DNA from: a virus
Taxonomy: Duplodnaviria > Caudoviricetes
IMG/VR virus record: IMGVR_UViG_3300021387_000648
Location: 82,459-146,458 of that record
Length of the DNA: 64,000 nt
Strand: one strand, 5' to 3'
Below are positions 18,661 through 26,950 of the stretch, one piece after another (position 1 is the first letter of the stretch; the number at the start of each line of letters is the position of its first letter). The translations under genes were made by a program, and so were the position numbers. A model generated the notes under the pieces. That model saw only the letters and a program-made list of their open reading frames with translations. It did no database searches and had not been told where the DNA came from.

Positions 18661-19023
18661 ATGAAGCTGATAGGAAAACTGGATGGTCTTCCACTCTTTG
18701 AGATTGAGGAAGGAAAGTATATCGCCGTCAATCCGGACACGGAAACCTGCAAGGTCTTGTGGAGCTGGCTTGCGGTGCTTGGCAGATGGTACGACACCTT
18801 CGAGAAGTGCGAAGAGTGCGAAGATGAAGTGGCGTGCCTGCATCTGATCGAGCAGAACAAGGAAGAGCTTGCGGAGCATCTGACCACCATTGGGAAAGAG
18901 AAAGAGTCGGACGACTTCCCAGAGTGGATGGAAAAGCAGCAGGAGTTTTATGACTGGCTGGACAGCAACCGGGAGTATGACTTCACGGAAGGCTACGTGG
19001 ACGAGGAAGAGGACGAAGATTGA
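18661..19023 (+). CDS. very acidic small protein, putative immunity partner
   Basis: Directly follows 14906..18637, has its own promoter, E/D-rich. Confidence 0.65.
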   Translation: MKLIGKLDGLPLFEIEEGKYIAVNPDTETCKVLWSWLAVLGRWYDTFEKCEECEDEVACLHLIEQNKEELAEHLTTIGKEKESDDFPEWMEKQQEFYDWLDSNREYDFTEGYVDEEEDED

Positions 19024-19186
19024 CAGTTCTCTTTTTGTTTCCACGACGGATGACAAGCGGCACTTTATAAGTGCTTTAAGGTTTACGGTTTGTTCATGAA
19101 AGTGACACCTGCTTGTGATAAAATTACTATGATGGTATAGGTGTAGGGTGCAAAAGGAACCGACACCACCAAAGAAAACAATAGGA

Positions 19187-19219
19187 CCCGGTAACGTTCT
19201 TGGCGTTACCGGGCTTTTT
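19187..19219 (+). terminator. intrinsic terminator
   Basis: CCCGGTAACG-TTCTTGG-CGTTACCGGG-CTTTTT. Confidence 0.8.
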
Positions 19220-19268
19220 CTCTTTATGCGCAGAAGGGCGCTGCCCTTCCGGAAAGGAGGGCGCAACG

Positions 19269-21617
19269 TTGGCAAAGACCAAAACACGGAAACAGGCGCA
19301 GTTCAATATGGACTTCGCGGACGGCACGGCCAAGATGCTGGAATCGTATACGGGTGTGCAGGCGGTGCGTCCGCTGAATGACAGAGTGTTCCGGGGCGAT
19401 GGCGGCTACCAGAACATGCTGACCAAGTACGGAACGTCCAGAGATGCAAGCGAGTACTATAACTACGTTGCGGATGCGGATGTTACCGACATGGAACTGG
19501 CGACGTTCTACGAGCAGAACGGTTTGTTCGCAAGGGTGATTGATGCCCCTGCGGAGGAGGCTGTGAAGCACGGCTTTGAGATTGTCGATCTGGAAGACGA
19601 CAGCATTCAGGGCTTCACCGACGAGTGCCTTGATGAACTGGACTGGGAAGAAACTGCGATGCAGAGCCTTAAATGGGCCAGACTGTTCGGCGGTTCGATT
19701 GCGGTGCTTCTGATCAATGACGGTCGAAGCATCGACAGACCGGTCAACTGGGACCAAATCAAGTCCATCGACGATATCCGGGTGTTCGACCGGTCGGTGA
19801 TTTCACCGGACTATTCGAGCATGTACGAATATGACAACCTCAAAGGACAGGACCCATTCCGGACCAGAGGCAGCAGGCTTGGGTATCCGGAGTGGTTTCA
19901 TGTGTCCGGCAGAAACGGATCGTTCACGGTCCATGAGACCCGGTGCCTGATTTTCCAGAACGGGGTGCTTCCGGAGAACACCACGACATCTCAGTATCAG
20001 TTCTGGGGTATTCCGGAGTACGTCCGAATTAATCGGGCGATCCGGGATGTGGAGATTGCGCACGGGATGGCACCGAAGATGCTTGACCGTTCGGTGCAGG
20101 CGATCTATAAGATGGCAAATCTCTCCAACCTTCTTCAATCGGAACAGGGCGAGGACGTTGTTTTGAAAAGGCTGAAGATCATCGACATGGCAAAGGGCTT
20201 GATGAACAGCATGGTCCTTGACGCCAACGGTGAGGACTACGACTTTAAGTCCTTCTCCTACACCGGAGTCTCCGATGTCATCAACACGACCTGCAACTAT
20301 CTGTCTGCGCTGACCAATATCCCGCAGACAATCCTGTTCGGAAGATCTCCTGCTGGTATGAACGCAACCGGTTCTTCCGATTTGGAAAACTATTACAACT
20401 ATGTAGAGAGAATCCAGAAGCGGATGCTGCGAAGCAATTTGCGGTATCTGCTTTCTGTTATCCTCCAAGCGGGCAAACACACCGGCGAAATCAAGAAGAT
20501 CCCCAAAATCAAGATCGAGTTCAACTCTCTGTGGTCCATGACGGAAACCGAAAAGGTTGCTCTGGATCTCCAGAAGGCACAGGTTGAAAGTGCCAAGGCG
20601 CAGACCGCAGCGGCTTATGTGCAGATGCAGGCAATTGATCCGGGCGAGGTCCGGAAAAAGCTTGCTGATGAAGGTGAGTTCGATGTGGAAACGCTGCTGG
20701 ATGATTTCAGCGAGGAAGAACTGGAAGAGAACGACCCGAAGAATCAGCAGCAGGAGGGCGGAGACCCGATGGCCGCGATGATGGGCGGCGGAGGCGGCGG
20801 TGGCGAGAATCCGTTTGCCGCGATGATGGGCGGTGGCGGTGAACAGCCGCAGGCCCCAGAGAAACCCGCAGAGCCAAAGCAGCCGGAACAGCAGCCGAAG
20901 CATGAGACGCCGAAGCCTCCGAAAGAGGAAGAAGAGCTCAAAAAGCAGCTGACGAAGAAGACAGAAGGCAATTCCCCCGATGCGGCCCCTGAGGCGACAA
21001 AGCTTCCGAAGGACATGGACTTCTCTGATGAGGTAAACAAAGACGCCGAGAACGAGATTTCCGAAGAGCCGAAGGAAGAGATGGTGCAAAAGCCCGAGCC
21101 GCACAAACAGGAAAATGTGTGGGACAGGCTGGAAGTCAAGGACGCCGAAGACGAGAAGCCGATGGGCGGAGTCGGAGTCCTGATCATTCAGGGCAACAAG
21201 ATCCTGACCGGTACCAGAATCGCCGGTGACGCTGGCGGCTATGGCCTGCTTGGCGGCCCGGGCGGTCACATCGAGTACATGGAGACTCCGGAAGAAGCAG
21301 CCTGCCGGGAGACGGAAGAAGAGTTCGGAATTCGACCGATTGACCTGAAGGAAATCGGGACCATCGTTGACGATGACGAATCTGTCAAGGTATCGCATAT
21401 CTTCACGGCGACGATGTACTCCGGAATCCTGCAGTGCGACGACGTGGAGATGAGAGAAGCGGTCTGGCACGACCTTGCCGACCTGACGAACATGCAAGGC
21501 CTGCTGTTCAAGCCGTTTGCCGACAGCCTTAATATCCTTCTTGAAGAAATCTATCGGGAGGATGAGAAAGGCGAGCCGGTCTGCATCTCTGCTGAGGAAG
21601 CGGTCAAGCAGATTTGA
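19269..21617 (+). CDS. portal protein (DUF1073 type) with C-terminal Nudix hydrolase
   Basis: VIDAPAEEAV, WARLFGGS, IPQTILFGRSPAGMNATGSSDLENYY, F.SLW; Nudix box GGHIEYMETPEEAACRETEEEFGI. Confidence 0.9.
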   Translation: MAKTKTRKQAQFNMDFADGTAKMLESYTGVQAVRPLNDRVFRGDGGYQNMLTKYGTSRDASEYYNYVADADVTDMELATFYEQNGLFARVIDAPAEEAVKHGFEIVDLEDDSIQGFTDECLDELDWEETAMQSLKWARLFGGSIAVLLINDGRSIDRPVNWDQIKSIDDIRVFDRSVISPDYSSMYEYDNLKGQDPFRTRGSRLGYPEWFHVSGRNGSFTVHETRCLIFQNGVLPENTTTSQYQFWGIPEYVRINRAIRDVEIAHGMAPKMLDRSVQAIYKMANLSNLLQSEQGEDVVLKRLKIIDMAKGLMNSMVLDANGEDYDFKSFSYTGVSDVINTTCNYLSALTNIPQTILFGRSPAGMNATGSSDLENYYNYVERIQKRMLRSNLRYLLSVILQAGKHTGEIKKIPKIKIEFNSLWSMTETEKVALDLQKAQVESAKAQTAAAYVQMQAIDPGEVRKKLADEGEFDVETLLDDFSEEELEENDPKNQQQEGGDPMAAMMGGGGGGGENPFAAMMGGGGEQPQAPEKPAEPKQPEQQPKHETPKPPKEEEELKKQLTKKTEGNSPDAAPEATKLPKDMDFSDEVNKDAENEISEEPKEEMVQKPEPHKQENVWDRLEVKDAEDEKPMGGVGVLIIQGNKILTGTRIAGDAGGYGLLGGPGGHIEYMETPEEAACRETEEEFGIRPIDLKEIGTIVDDDESVKVSHIFTATMYSGILQCDDVEMREAVWHDLADLTNMQGLLFKPFADSLNILLEEIYREDEKGEPVCISAEEAVKQI

Positions 21618-21629
21618 TATTATAAAGCA

Positions 21630-21658
21630 TTGACAGTGTACTAATTTTAGTGTATAAT
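21630..21658 (+). promoter_or_regulatory. consensus sigma-A promoter with palindromic spacer
   Basis: TTGACA-gtgtactaattttagtg(17)-TATAAT. Confidence 0.9.
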
Positions 21659-21681
21659 ACAGTTGGATTGCGAGGGGTAGA

Positions 21682-22503
21682 ATGCTGAGCAAACAAGGCG
21701 AGCGGCAGCTTGATGAGATGGCCGCGATATCTGAAGAGCTTGGCGCTATCGTTCCGAACAACGGCTGGACGCCTTATGCGAGGAAGATCCTGCTGAGGCT
21801 CCAAGAACTGAGTATCAGTCTTTTTGGACAGTCCGAGGTCCGAGAGGATGCAAGCATCGGCGAGATTCTTGCGGCAAAGAAGAATTCGGCCCTGCCGGAT
21901 GACCTGACAGAACAGGAAAAAGCGCAGGGCTATTACTTCCGGACCGTCAACGGAAACAGCATCAAGTTCAGTTCCGAAACAGGACTCCCGGTGGACGGAC
22001 AGCCGAAAGCGTTTGGCGCACAAGACCTGCAAGAGATGGTCGACAACGCTCTGGCAAGTATTGAGGCCAAGCGGGAAGGCAAAGAGCCGGAAGAGCCGGA
22101 ACATAGAGACAGATACAGCAGCCCGTATCCGATGGAGCAGATTTCCGCCGAGGGCGAAAACTTCCCGTGCATAGGGTTTACGGAGAACAACCTTCGCGTT
22201 CACAAGGAGCAAAGGCACCCCGAGCAGTATGCGAACATGACAGCCGAGGAGTATAACGAGCACGCAAAGAAACTTCTGATGAAGAAGTGCGGTCCGGATA
22301 TCTGGGGCTATCGCTGTTCGGACGGGAGCATCTGCCGGTTCAACAGACTCACCGGCGAGTATGCAAAAGGATATCCCGGAGGGAATATCAAAACGTGTTT
22401 CTATCCGACACGGCTGAATGCGGCGGACCCGACAGACATAGATTTGGATTTTGCGAGGAACTATTTTATGGCGAGGAAGGAAGCGGAACAGTATGATCGA
22501 TAG
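21682..22503 (+). CDS. putative nuclease-type toxin/effector
   Basis: Helical leader ending VREDAS, FRTVNGNSI module, C-terminal H...H..Y...YNEHA...GNIKTCFYP toxin-like domain; followed by a CPCC gene. Confidence 0.55.
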   Translation: MLSKQGERQLDEMAAISEELGAIVPNNGWTPYARKILLRLQELSISLFGQSEVREDASIGEILAAKKNSALPDDLTEQEKAQGYYFRTVNGNSIKFSSETGLPVDGQPKAFGAQDLQEMVDNALASIEAKREGKEPEEPEHRDRYSSPYPMEQISAEGENFPCIGFTENNLRVHKEQRHPEQYANMTAEEYNEHAKKLLMKKCGPDIWGYRCSDGSICRFNRLTGEYAKGYPGGNIKTCFYPTRLNAADPTDIDLDFARNYFMARKEAEQYDR

Positions 22504-22762
22504 AGAGGACTACTTCAAGCCGCACATGTGCCCGGTATGCGGAAAGTTCGAGTTTCCGACACACGGGTCCTACGAGATCTGCGAGGAATGCGGATGGGAA
22601 GACGACGGAATGCAGGAGACCGATCCTGAGGCCGGTGGTGCCAACTGGGAAGGACTGGCAGGGTACAGAGCGCTGTATCAGGCCGGGAAACATAATCTGC
22701 CTACTGCCGAGAGACGGGAATGGCTGATCGAAAACGGGTATCTCCAATCAAAGAATAGCTGA
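22493..22762 (+). CDS. CPCC-type cysteine-rich protein, putative immunity protein
   Basis: CPVCG...YEICEECGWEDDG.Q...GGAN. Confidence 0.8.
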   Translation: MIDREDYFKPHMCPVCGKFEFPTHGSYEICEECGWEDDGMQETDPEAGGANWEGLAGYRALYQAGKHNLPTAERREWLIENGYLQSKNS

Positions 22763-22788
22763 CCTGCCACGTGTAGGAACAGTTTCTG

Positions 22789-22824
22789 AAGACGTTTCGC
22801 AAGAGCGAGGCGTCTTTTGCTTTT
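22789..22824 (+). terminator. intrinsic terminator
   Basis: AAGACGTTTCGC-AAGA-GCGAGGCGTCTT plus T tract. Confidence 0.7.
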
Positions 22825-22842
22825 ATCGGAAGGTGGTGCGTT

Positions 22843-23625
22843 ATGACTGATGCTGTAGCTGAATACAGAAAGCGGAGACAGCAGAGGCTTGATGCACGCT
22901 TTCACCGCGATGCCCCCGAAGAGGAGGCAAACGGAAACAATAACACGCCGGTCAAAAGAACCGGTGGACACGGAAACACGCGCCTGCCGTTCGGCCTGTG
23001 CCAACGGTACGGTATTGACGTGGACAGTTCGTGGAGTCCGAGAGATGCATGGGATGCTCTGGCGGAGAAGGGCATAACGCCTGAGGCGGAGTTTGCCAAG
23101 CGAAACGGCGGAGCGAGCTTTATCAGGACCAGAAGCGGCGCAACATACAAAAACCTGAGCGCGACCAAAGTAAATGACGGCAAGTACACCCTGAGAGGCG
23201 ACTTCACAGACCGCACATTGAGCGGAAGGCCGATCACGGCCACTGCTGCCGCGTTCCACACGTTCCTGAATAAGGAGGAAATGTACGCTTGCCTTCAGGA
23301 GCACGGAATCAGCCGGTTTAAGGACCCGGATACCGGGGAGACGGTGAACCCGAGCAAGATGAAGCTGCCGAAGACGGTTGCCAAGGTCGGGGAAACGCGG
23401 TACAAGGATCTTGTACTTGGCACGCGGTACAACAAGACCGGACACCCTTACAGCAGGCGTGGATTTACAGTCACAGGCACCGACTTCACCGGGCACCGTA
23501 CAACCTTGAAGATCTTCGAGAAGATTTCCGATGCAAAAGCCTACGCTGCGAAAATCGGCTGCAAGGAATCTGACCTGAGGACGTCTCCGGATCTCAAAAA
23601 GTACGCAACGCCGAAGATCGGCTGA
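22843..23625 (+). CDS. leader-bearing protein, short paralog of the 14906 N-terminus
   Basis: YRKRRQQRLDARFHRDA, GHGNTRLPFGLC, FKDPDTGETVNP, TGTDFTG. Confidence 0.7.
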   Translation: MTDAVAEYRKRRQQRLDARFHRDAPEEEANGNNNTPVKRTGGHGNTRLPFGLCQRYGIDVDSSWSPRDAWDALAEKGITPEAEFAKRNGGASFIRTRSGATYKNLSATKVNDGKYTLRGDFTDRTLSGRPITATAAAFHTFLNKEEMYACLQEHGISRFKDPDTGETVNPSKMKLPKTVAKVGETRYKDLVLGTRYNKTGHPYSRRGFTVTGTDFTGHRTTLKIFEKISDAKAYAAKIGCKESDLRTSPDLKKYATPKIG

Positions 23626-23645
23626 CAATCAGAGAGGGGTACAGA

Positions 23646-24587
23646 ATGGACGAGAAGCCCGTAAGGGGTATAGATGTACTCCGAAGAAAAAGAGTTCGAA
23701 ACGGACAGATAAGAGAGCACGGCGAAATTTCACCAAGGCGGAGACCGACCTATCCGATCTCCGCCGAGCGTGAATGCATGCGCGGCACTCTGGCCTATAC
23801 AGAGATGGTGATTCAGACGGTGCAGCCCGCGATCAACAGCGTGATGCGGCAGTACGTGGAGCGCGGCGAGGTACGGCAGGACGCGACCGGAGAGTTTATT
23901 TCAACCGCGAGAGGACTTCGCTTGGCGGCGGCTGAAAGGCTGGACCGTAAAAAAGGCGCTCTGGCAAAGCTTGAAAGGCAGTATGCCAGAAGCGGAAGCC
24001 TTGCCAAAAACCACTCGATCGAAGACTGGAATGATCAGGTCCGTGATGCCCTTGGCTTTGAGATCAACGTCAAGAGCTATCAAGAGGATATGGAAAGCAT
24101 GGTCCAGCGCTGGATTCACGAAAACGTGAGCAAGATCCAGTCGATTCCGAACGAGTACCTTGCCGAGGTCGAGTCGATTATCCGGTGGGGCTACGAAACC
24201 AAACAGCCGAAGGTCAACGTCTACCGGAGACTGGAAAAACTGATCGGCCTGACAAAGTCCAAAGCAATGATGATTGCAAGGGACCAGTTGGGAACACTCA
24301 ATTGCCAGATGACGAGATACGAGCACGAAAGCGCTGGCGTCGGCAAGTATAAGTGGATCACCAAGCGTGACAGTCGAGTAAGAGACAGCCACAGGGCCTT
24401 GCATGGAACGGTCCACAAGTGGAGCGAGCCGCCTGCCGAGTGGTACATGACGAAATCAAGAGGGATTGTGTACACTGGAAGATACTGCCACCCGGGCGAA
24501 AGCTACGGCTGTCGCTGCGTAGCGTCGCCGGTATTTGATATAGACATTGCAAAACGCTATCTGGCGAACAAGTTTAAGCCTTTGTAG
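23646..24587 (+). CDS. phage head morphogenesis protein (MuF/SPP1 gp7 family)
   Basis: IARDQ, YKWITKRDSRVRDSH, HPGESYGCRC. Confidence 0.92.
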   Translation: MDEKPVRGIDVLRRKRVRNGQIREHGEISPRRRPTYPISAERECMRGTLAYTEMVIQTVQPAINSVMRQYVERGEVRQDATGEFISTARGLRLAAAERLDRKKGALAKLERQYARSGSLAKNHSIEDWNDQVRDALGFEINVKSYQEDMESMVQRWIHENVSKIQSIPNEYLAEVESIIRWGYETKQPKVNVYRRLEKLIGLTKSKAMMIARDQLGTLNCQMTRYEHESAGVGKYKWITKRDSRVRDSHRALHGTVHKWSEPPAEWYMTKSRGIVYTGRYCHPGESYGCRCVASPVFDIDIAKRYLANKFKPL

Positions 24588-24600
24588 AGTGAGAAAAGTG

Positions 24601-24629
24601 TTGACACTGTACTAATATTAGTGTATAAT
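24601..24629 (+). promoter_or_regulatory. consensus sigma-A promoter with palindromic spacer
   Basis: TTGACA-ctgtactaatattagtg(17)-TATAAT. Confidence 0.9.
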
Positions 24630-24645
24630 AAAGGTGGTCGGAGAG

Positions 24646-26268
24646 ATGGACAATTCCGTTAATCGATATAGGAACCGCAGAAAAACGAGAGTTGCCGGAA
24701 GACGGAAGGCAAGGCTTGACAGCGTGGAGGCCTACAGACAGCGCAGAGAGCAGAGGCTTCAGGAACGCTTTGACGCGAGTGCGCGTCTGGCCTACGGAAT
24801 TGCAAAGAGCATGGGAATCAAGACCGAGGGCATGGAGCCCAAAGAGGTCTGGGCCGCGATCAAGAAGAAAGATCCCGGCGCTGCTGAGGCGGCTGCAAAA
24901 AGCTTCGGCAACAGAGGACCGAAAGGCAATGTGACCGGAAAAAGCGGTGAGCGCAGCAAGCAGACTTCCCGTGCGAAGTATCAGGGGAACTGGATGCCGC
25001 CAAAGGTCAAGGGCCTTGATGCCGCGACGGTGAACAACACGCTTTCCGGCTGCGACAAGGTCGGCGGACAGCACTATGCCAAGGGCACCAAGGTCGCCAA
25101 TGAGAAGCCGACGCTGAGAACCTTTACCACGCATGGTATGGATCACATCCAGCAGGTGGTCGAGAAGACCAATCAGGCTGCGGACGTGATTGAGCAGCTT
25201 CAGGGAAATCACCGTTTTCGCGGTGCCAAGATGGACCGGAAACTGATGCTTGTGTCTGCTTGGTTTCATGACACCGGCATGGACGGCGGCGACATCAATT
25301 GGAGCAAAGACAACGGAGACGGTATCCGTGGCAATCACGGAATGAATTCCGCGATGCATATTCTTGAGCACTCTGCGGAACTTCAAAAGCTTGGCGTTAA
25401 TCCGAGTCAGGCCGCGTTTATTGCCTTTGCCCACACGAAGAGTAAATCCGGAGTCAATGACCTGATGAGTCCGGAAGACTGGAAGGTTGGTCTGGACAAG
25501 ATCGAAACCGCCGTTAACGAGTATAATGAGCGGAACCCGAATAAGAAAATCAAGTTTGACCGCGACTCTGTGTTCGGCGGGGAACCGAACGAAGAGAACA
25601 TCCGCCACATGGCTTCGCAGGTTGCGGCGGTACGTCTTGGAGACGCCAACAGAGAAGCCAACATTCCACTTCGGGCCCAGAGCGGCGGTAAGTACGACAT
25701 CGACAAGATGGCAACGCCGGATCAGTGCGGGTCTTGGCAGGATGAGGTCAACAACTCCAAGATCAGCATCAAGGACGACAACGGCGTGCATGACCTGAAT
25801 GACGACAAGGACGGGTTCATCGGAGAGCTCGGACAGGAGAGCCGAGACTTTTCCAAAAAGGTTGTTCTTGGTGAGCGGAATATGGTCAAGGTTGACACGG
25901 TCCTGCATAACGGCAGTCTTGCTTTGAGCGTGTCGCTCCGAGGCGGAAACGATGTTCCGCACTGCACGGTGGAGGCGCTTCTGGAACGCTGCGGCGAACT
26001 GAATACCATCAACGGTATTCCGAGAAGCATGCAGATCAAGATGACCGGAGTCAAGAGCGCGAATGACATGAATCCGAACGCCACGGGAGCCTATGACGAC
26101 ATGTGGAAACGGATTGAGACCGAGGTTGACAAGAAGACCGGAAAGCCGAAGTACGGCGGCATTGACGCCCTGACGCTTGTTTGCGAAGACGGCACGAAGA
26201 TTGAGTACAAGAGAGAACCGAACGGCGGAAACAACAGAGAATGGAACAACGGAGGGAACAGCAAATGA
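24646..26268 (+). CDS. leader-bearing putative effector with HD phosphohydrolase domain
   Basis: Tandem leader YRNRRKTRV..RLDS / YRQRREQRL..RFDAS; FTTHGMDH...WFHDTGM...H...RLGD. Confidence 0.7.
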   Translation: MDNSVNRYRNRRKTRVAGRRKARLDSVEAYRQRREQRLQERFDASARLAYGIAKSMGIKTEGMEPKEVWAAIKKKDPGAAEAAAKSFGNRGPKGNVTGKSGERSKQTSRAKYQGNWMPPKVKGLDAATVNNTLSGCDKVGGQHYAKGTKVANEKPTLRTFTTHGMDHIQQVVEKTNQAADVIEQLQGNHRFRGAKMDRKLMLVSAWFHDTGMDGGDINWSKDNGDGIRGNHGMNSAMHILEHSAELQKLGVNPSQAAFIAFAHTKSKSGVNDLMSPEDWKVGLDKIETAVNEYNERNPNKKIKFDRDSVFGGEPNEENIRHMASQVAAVRLGDANREANIPLRAQSGGKYDIDKMATPDQCGSWQDEVNNSKISIKDDNGVHDLNDDKDGFIGELGQESRDFSKKVVLGERNMVKVDTVLHNGSLALSVSLRGGNDVPHCTVEALLERCGELNTINGIPRSMQIKMTGVKSANDMNPNATGAYDDMWKRIETEVDKKTGKPKYGGIDALTLVCEDGTKIEYKREPNGGNNREWNNGGNSK

Positions 26269-26660
26269 AGTATGTCGGCAAGAGCGTGATTCGCGGCGAT
26301 GTGGTCAGTTACAAGTTTGCGGCTGACGAGATGAAGACGGAAAAGGACTGCTTCCGGTTCGCGGCTGTGGCCTGCGGCTACGGCGAGCTTGAGATCGTCG
26401 AGTGCCGTGGCTACTCGGACATGGACACCCACGAGAACTATTGCAGCTTCAAAACGCAGAAAGAGTTCGTGGGTGGCCTTGACAAGGTCAAGAAGATCGA
26501 TGCTGATGTGATTGAAGTCCGCACGAAGGTTGACGGGTCCCGCGTGACCATCTCGATCACTCCGTGCTGGGATAACGAAGCAGGAAACACGGTTAACGTT
26601 TCCGGACCGGAGGAAGCGGTTAAGAAAGTAGCCGCCATGATCCAGAAGAAAAACGGCTGA
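26265..26660 (+). CDS. hypothetical protein, putative immunity partner
   Basis: ATGA overlap with the upstream stop, GGAGG RBS. Confidence 0.65.
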   Translation: MKYVGKSVIRGDVVSYKFAADEMKTEKDCFRFAAVACGYGELEIVECRGYSDMDTHENYCSFKTQKEFVGGLDKVKKIDADVIEVRTKVDGSRVTISITPCWDNEAGNTVNVSGPEEAVKKVAAMIQKKNG

Positions 26661-26683
26661 TACATCAATCGGAGGTAGAAAAC

Positions 26684-26893
26684 ATGATTGGTCCGTCCCC
26701 TGAGTTCACAAGCAGCAAGTACTTTGTCGCAGATCCCGAGTGGCACATGCTTCCGGGTGCTTCCGACAAGGACAAGAAGGAACTGGAAGAGTTCATGAAC
26801 GGCGGCGGTTATCCGAACATCTGGAAGTCGGAGAACCCGAAAATGAAGAAGCCCTACTACACATGGTCGGGTAAGATCGTCGATAAAGGTTAA
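26684..26893 (+). CDS. small hypothetical protein
   Basis: GGAGG RBS, 69 aa. Confidence 0.65.
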   Translation: MIGPSPEFTSSKYFVADPEWHMLPGASDKDKKELEEFMNGGGYPNIWKSENPKMKKPYYTWSGKIVDKG

Positions 26894-26898
26894 TAAAC

Positions 26899-26927
26899 AA
26901 AGCGTTGCTGACGGGCAGCGCTTTTTT
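26899..26927 (+). terminator. intrinsic terminator
   Basis: AAAGCGTTGC-TGACGG-GCAGCGCTTT plus T tract. Confidence 0.75.
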
Positions 26928-26950
26928 CATATCCGAATGGCGGTGATTAG

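Noticed and set aside
19803-21761. Long minus-strand ORFs (also 31589-33238, 48672-50513, 24574-25962)
   Set aside because: Antisense shadows of well-supported + strand genes with biased codon usage.
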